The notes under the pieces: model-generated
Databases searched by the model: none
What the model saw: only the letters and a program-made list of their open reading frames with translations
What the model was told of the DNA's origin: nothing
DNA from: an uncultured Planctomycetota bacterium
Lineage (GTDB): Bacteria > Planctomycetota > Planctomycetia > Isosphaerales > Isosphaeraceae
Assembly (NCBI GenBank): GCA_963845755.1
Contig: CAWJTV010000003.1
Coordinates: 1 to 64,000 of the forward strand
Reading direction: 5' to 3'
DNA: 64,000 nt
Shown: positions 62,542 to 64,000 of the stretch, one piece after another
Layout: every line of letters begins with the position of its first letter
How positions within the stretch are numbered: position 1 is the stretch's first letter
Program-made: the position numbers and the translations under genes

Positions 62542-64000
62542 GAATGGCACGTCCTGAAGGCGTAACCTCCTTGCAACACGGCGATTCCGGAGCGCATCCA
62601 TGAATTCCTTAGAGATCGCCGGCCCCGGCGGCCTCGCCGGCCGTCTCTCTGGCGGTGAAACGAGACCTCACTTGTCGGATGATGGGGGTGTCATCCACAC
62701 CATCACTCGCAAGGAGGTCTCTCATGGCCCAGTCTACCACACCGCGGTTCCGCGCCCCATTCCATCGCCTCCGCAACCCCGGGACCGTCCCACCGGAACT
62801 GGGCGTCGAGGAGATCCTCCCCAAGGCCACCGTCGAGCAGGTGCTCAAGGAGGAAGGGGGGCGCTGGAGGGCGAAGCTTTACACCCCCTATGTGACCTTC
62901 TGGGCCTTCTTCTGGCAGCGGCTCGCGCCGATCGCTCGTGCCGGGCGGCGCTGAAGCGGCTGTCCGCCTGGATGGCCGCGCACGGTCAGAAGCTCGACGC
63001 CGCCGACACCGGTCCCTACTGCAAGGCTCGGGCCCGGCTGCCGGAATCGGCCCTTCATTGCTTGATGCGACAACTTGGTGCCCAGACCTCTCAAGGGGCG
63101 GCCGAGGTCTGGCTGTGGTGCCGCCGCCGGGTCAAGATGGTCAACGGCAGCACGGCGATCATGGCCGATACCCTGGCCAACCAGAAGGCGTATCCCCAGC
63201 TCTCGTCCCAGAAGCCCGGGTTGGGCTTTCCGATCGCCCGGTTCGTGGTGATCTTCTGCCTGGCCACCGGGTCGGTGCTGGAGGCGGCCATCGGCAAGTA
63301 CCAGGGGAAGCAGACCGGGGAAAATGCCTTGTTTCGCGGCCTCCGGGACGAGTTGGAGCCGGGAGATGTGGTCCTGGGTGACCGTTATTATGGATCGTAT
63401 TTTGATATCGTACTGTTGCAGCAGCGTGGAGTGGATAGCGTGTTCCGGCTCCATCAACGGCGGAAGAGCGACTTTCGCCGGGGTCGGCGGTTGGGCCAGG
63501 GCGATCAGATCGTCAGATGGGACCGGCCGGCGCGTCCGGAGTGGATGGACGAAGCGACCTATGAGAGCGTCGCCGCGACGGTGGAGGTGCGGATCATCCG
63601 GATTCACGTCGAGCAGCGTGGCTTCCGCACGCGGGTGCTGGAGGTGGTCACGACGCTCTTGAATGCGGAGATCTACACCAAAAAAGATGTTGGGATATTG
63701 TATCGCAAGCGGTGGCACGTGGAGTTGGATCTGCGGTCGCTGAAGGTGGTGCTGGGGATCGACATGCTGGGGAGCAAGACGCCGGAGATGGTGCGCAAGG
63801 AGATTTGGATGGCGTGTTGGGATACAATGTGATCCGGGCGTTGATGGCGAGAGCGTCATTGGCCCACCGGCGCGAGCCGCGCCGGCTGAGTTTCAAGGGG
63901 GCGTTGCAGACGGTGCAGGAGTTCGGACCAGCCCTGCGGGAAGCGTCGGCGCCGGCTGGGCCGTGGCTCTGGCCCGTCGTCCTGAATTCGATCGCCGACG
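62542..64000 (+). mobile_element. IS4-family element with frameshifted transposase (ATG at 62724), truncated by the window edge
   Basis: Probable left end gaatggcac; YCKARARLP, GLGFP, LGDRYY, VVTTLL, YRKRWHVELDLRSLK, KTPEMVRKEIW. Confidence 0.88.

Overview
High-GC bacterial DNA, most likely Planctomycetota (Isosphaeraceae-like). The assignment rests on an RxRxxxEWLEDRxxLS export motif, DUF4058 and Uma2 nucleases, ECF sigma factors with C-terminal extensions, TPR Ser/Thr kinases and sulfatases. Many genes, including bamA, cbiET and moxR, are split by 1-nt indels, which points to uncorrected long-read assembly rather than mass pseudogenisation. Core content: a giant FG-GAP surface protein paired with a kinase, hydrolases, coaB, a uronate isomerase-like enzyme, an arylsulfatase-MoxR-Bat operon, a DUF2079 membrane protein, two ECF sigmas, an FHA protein, BamA, a MEMO1-family protein, CbiET, a PIG-L deacetylase and a PP2C phosphatase. 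The mobile layer is rich: a RAYT with REP doublets, two IS4-like elements (one inserted into a REP hairpin with an 11-bp target duplication), and several small TA-bounded inverted-repeat shells carrying different REP cargos. One shell also carries a DUF559 nuclease and another sits inside a kinase ORF. A 4.1-kb cassette bounded by IS3-type ends carries a kinase, and an AAA_21 ATPase lies between two diverged copies of a gene 5' end. About 0.8-1.1 kb of densely base-paired non-coding sequence precedes an ECF sigma gene and is a candidate large structured RNA. All family calls are from motif recognition by eye; no searches were run.
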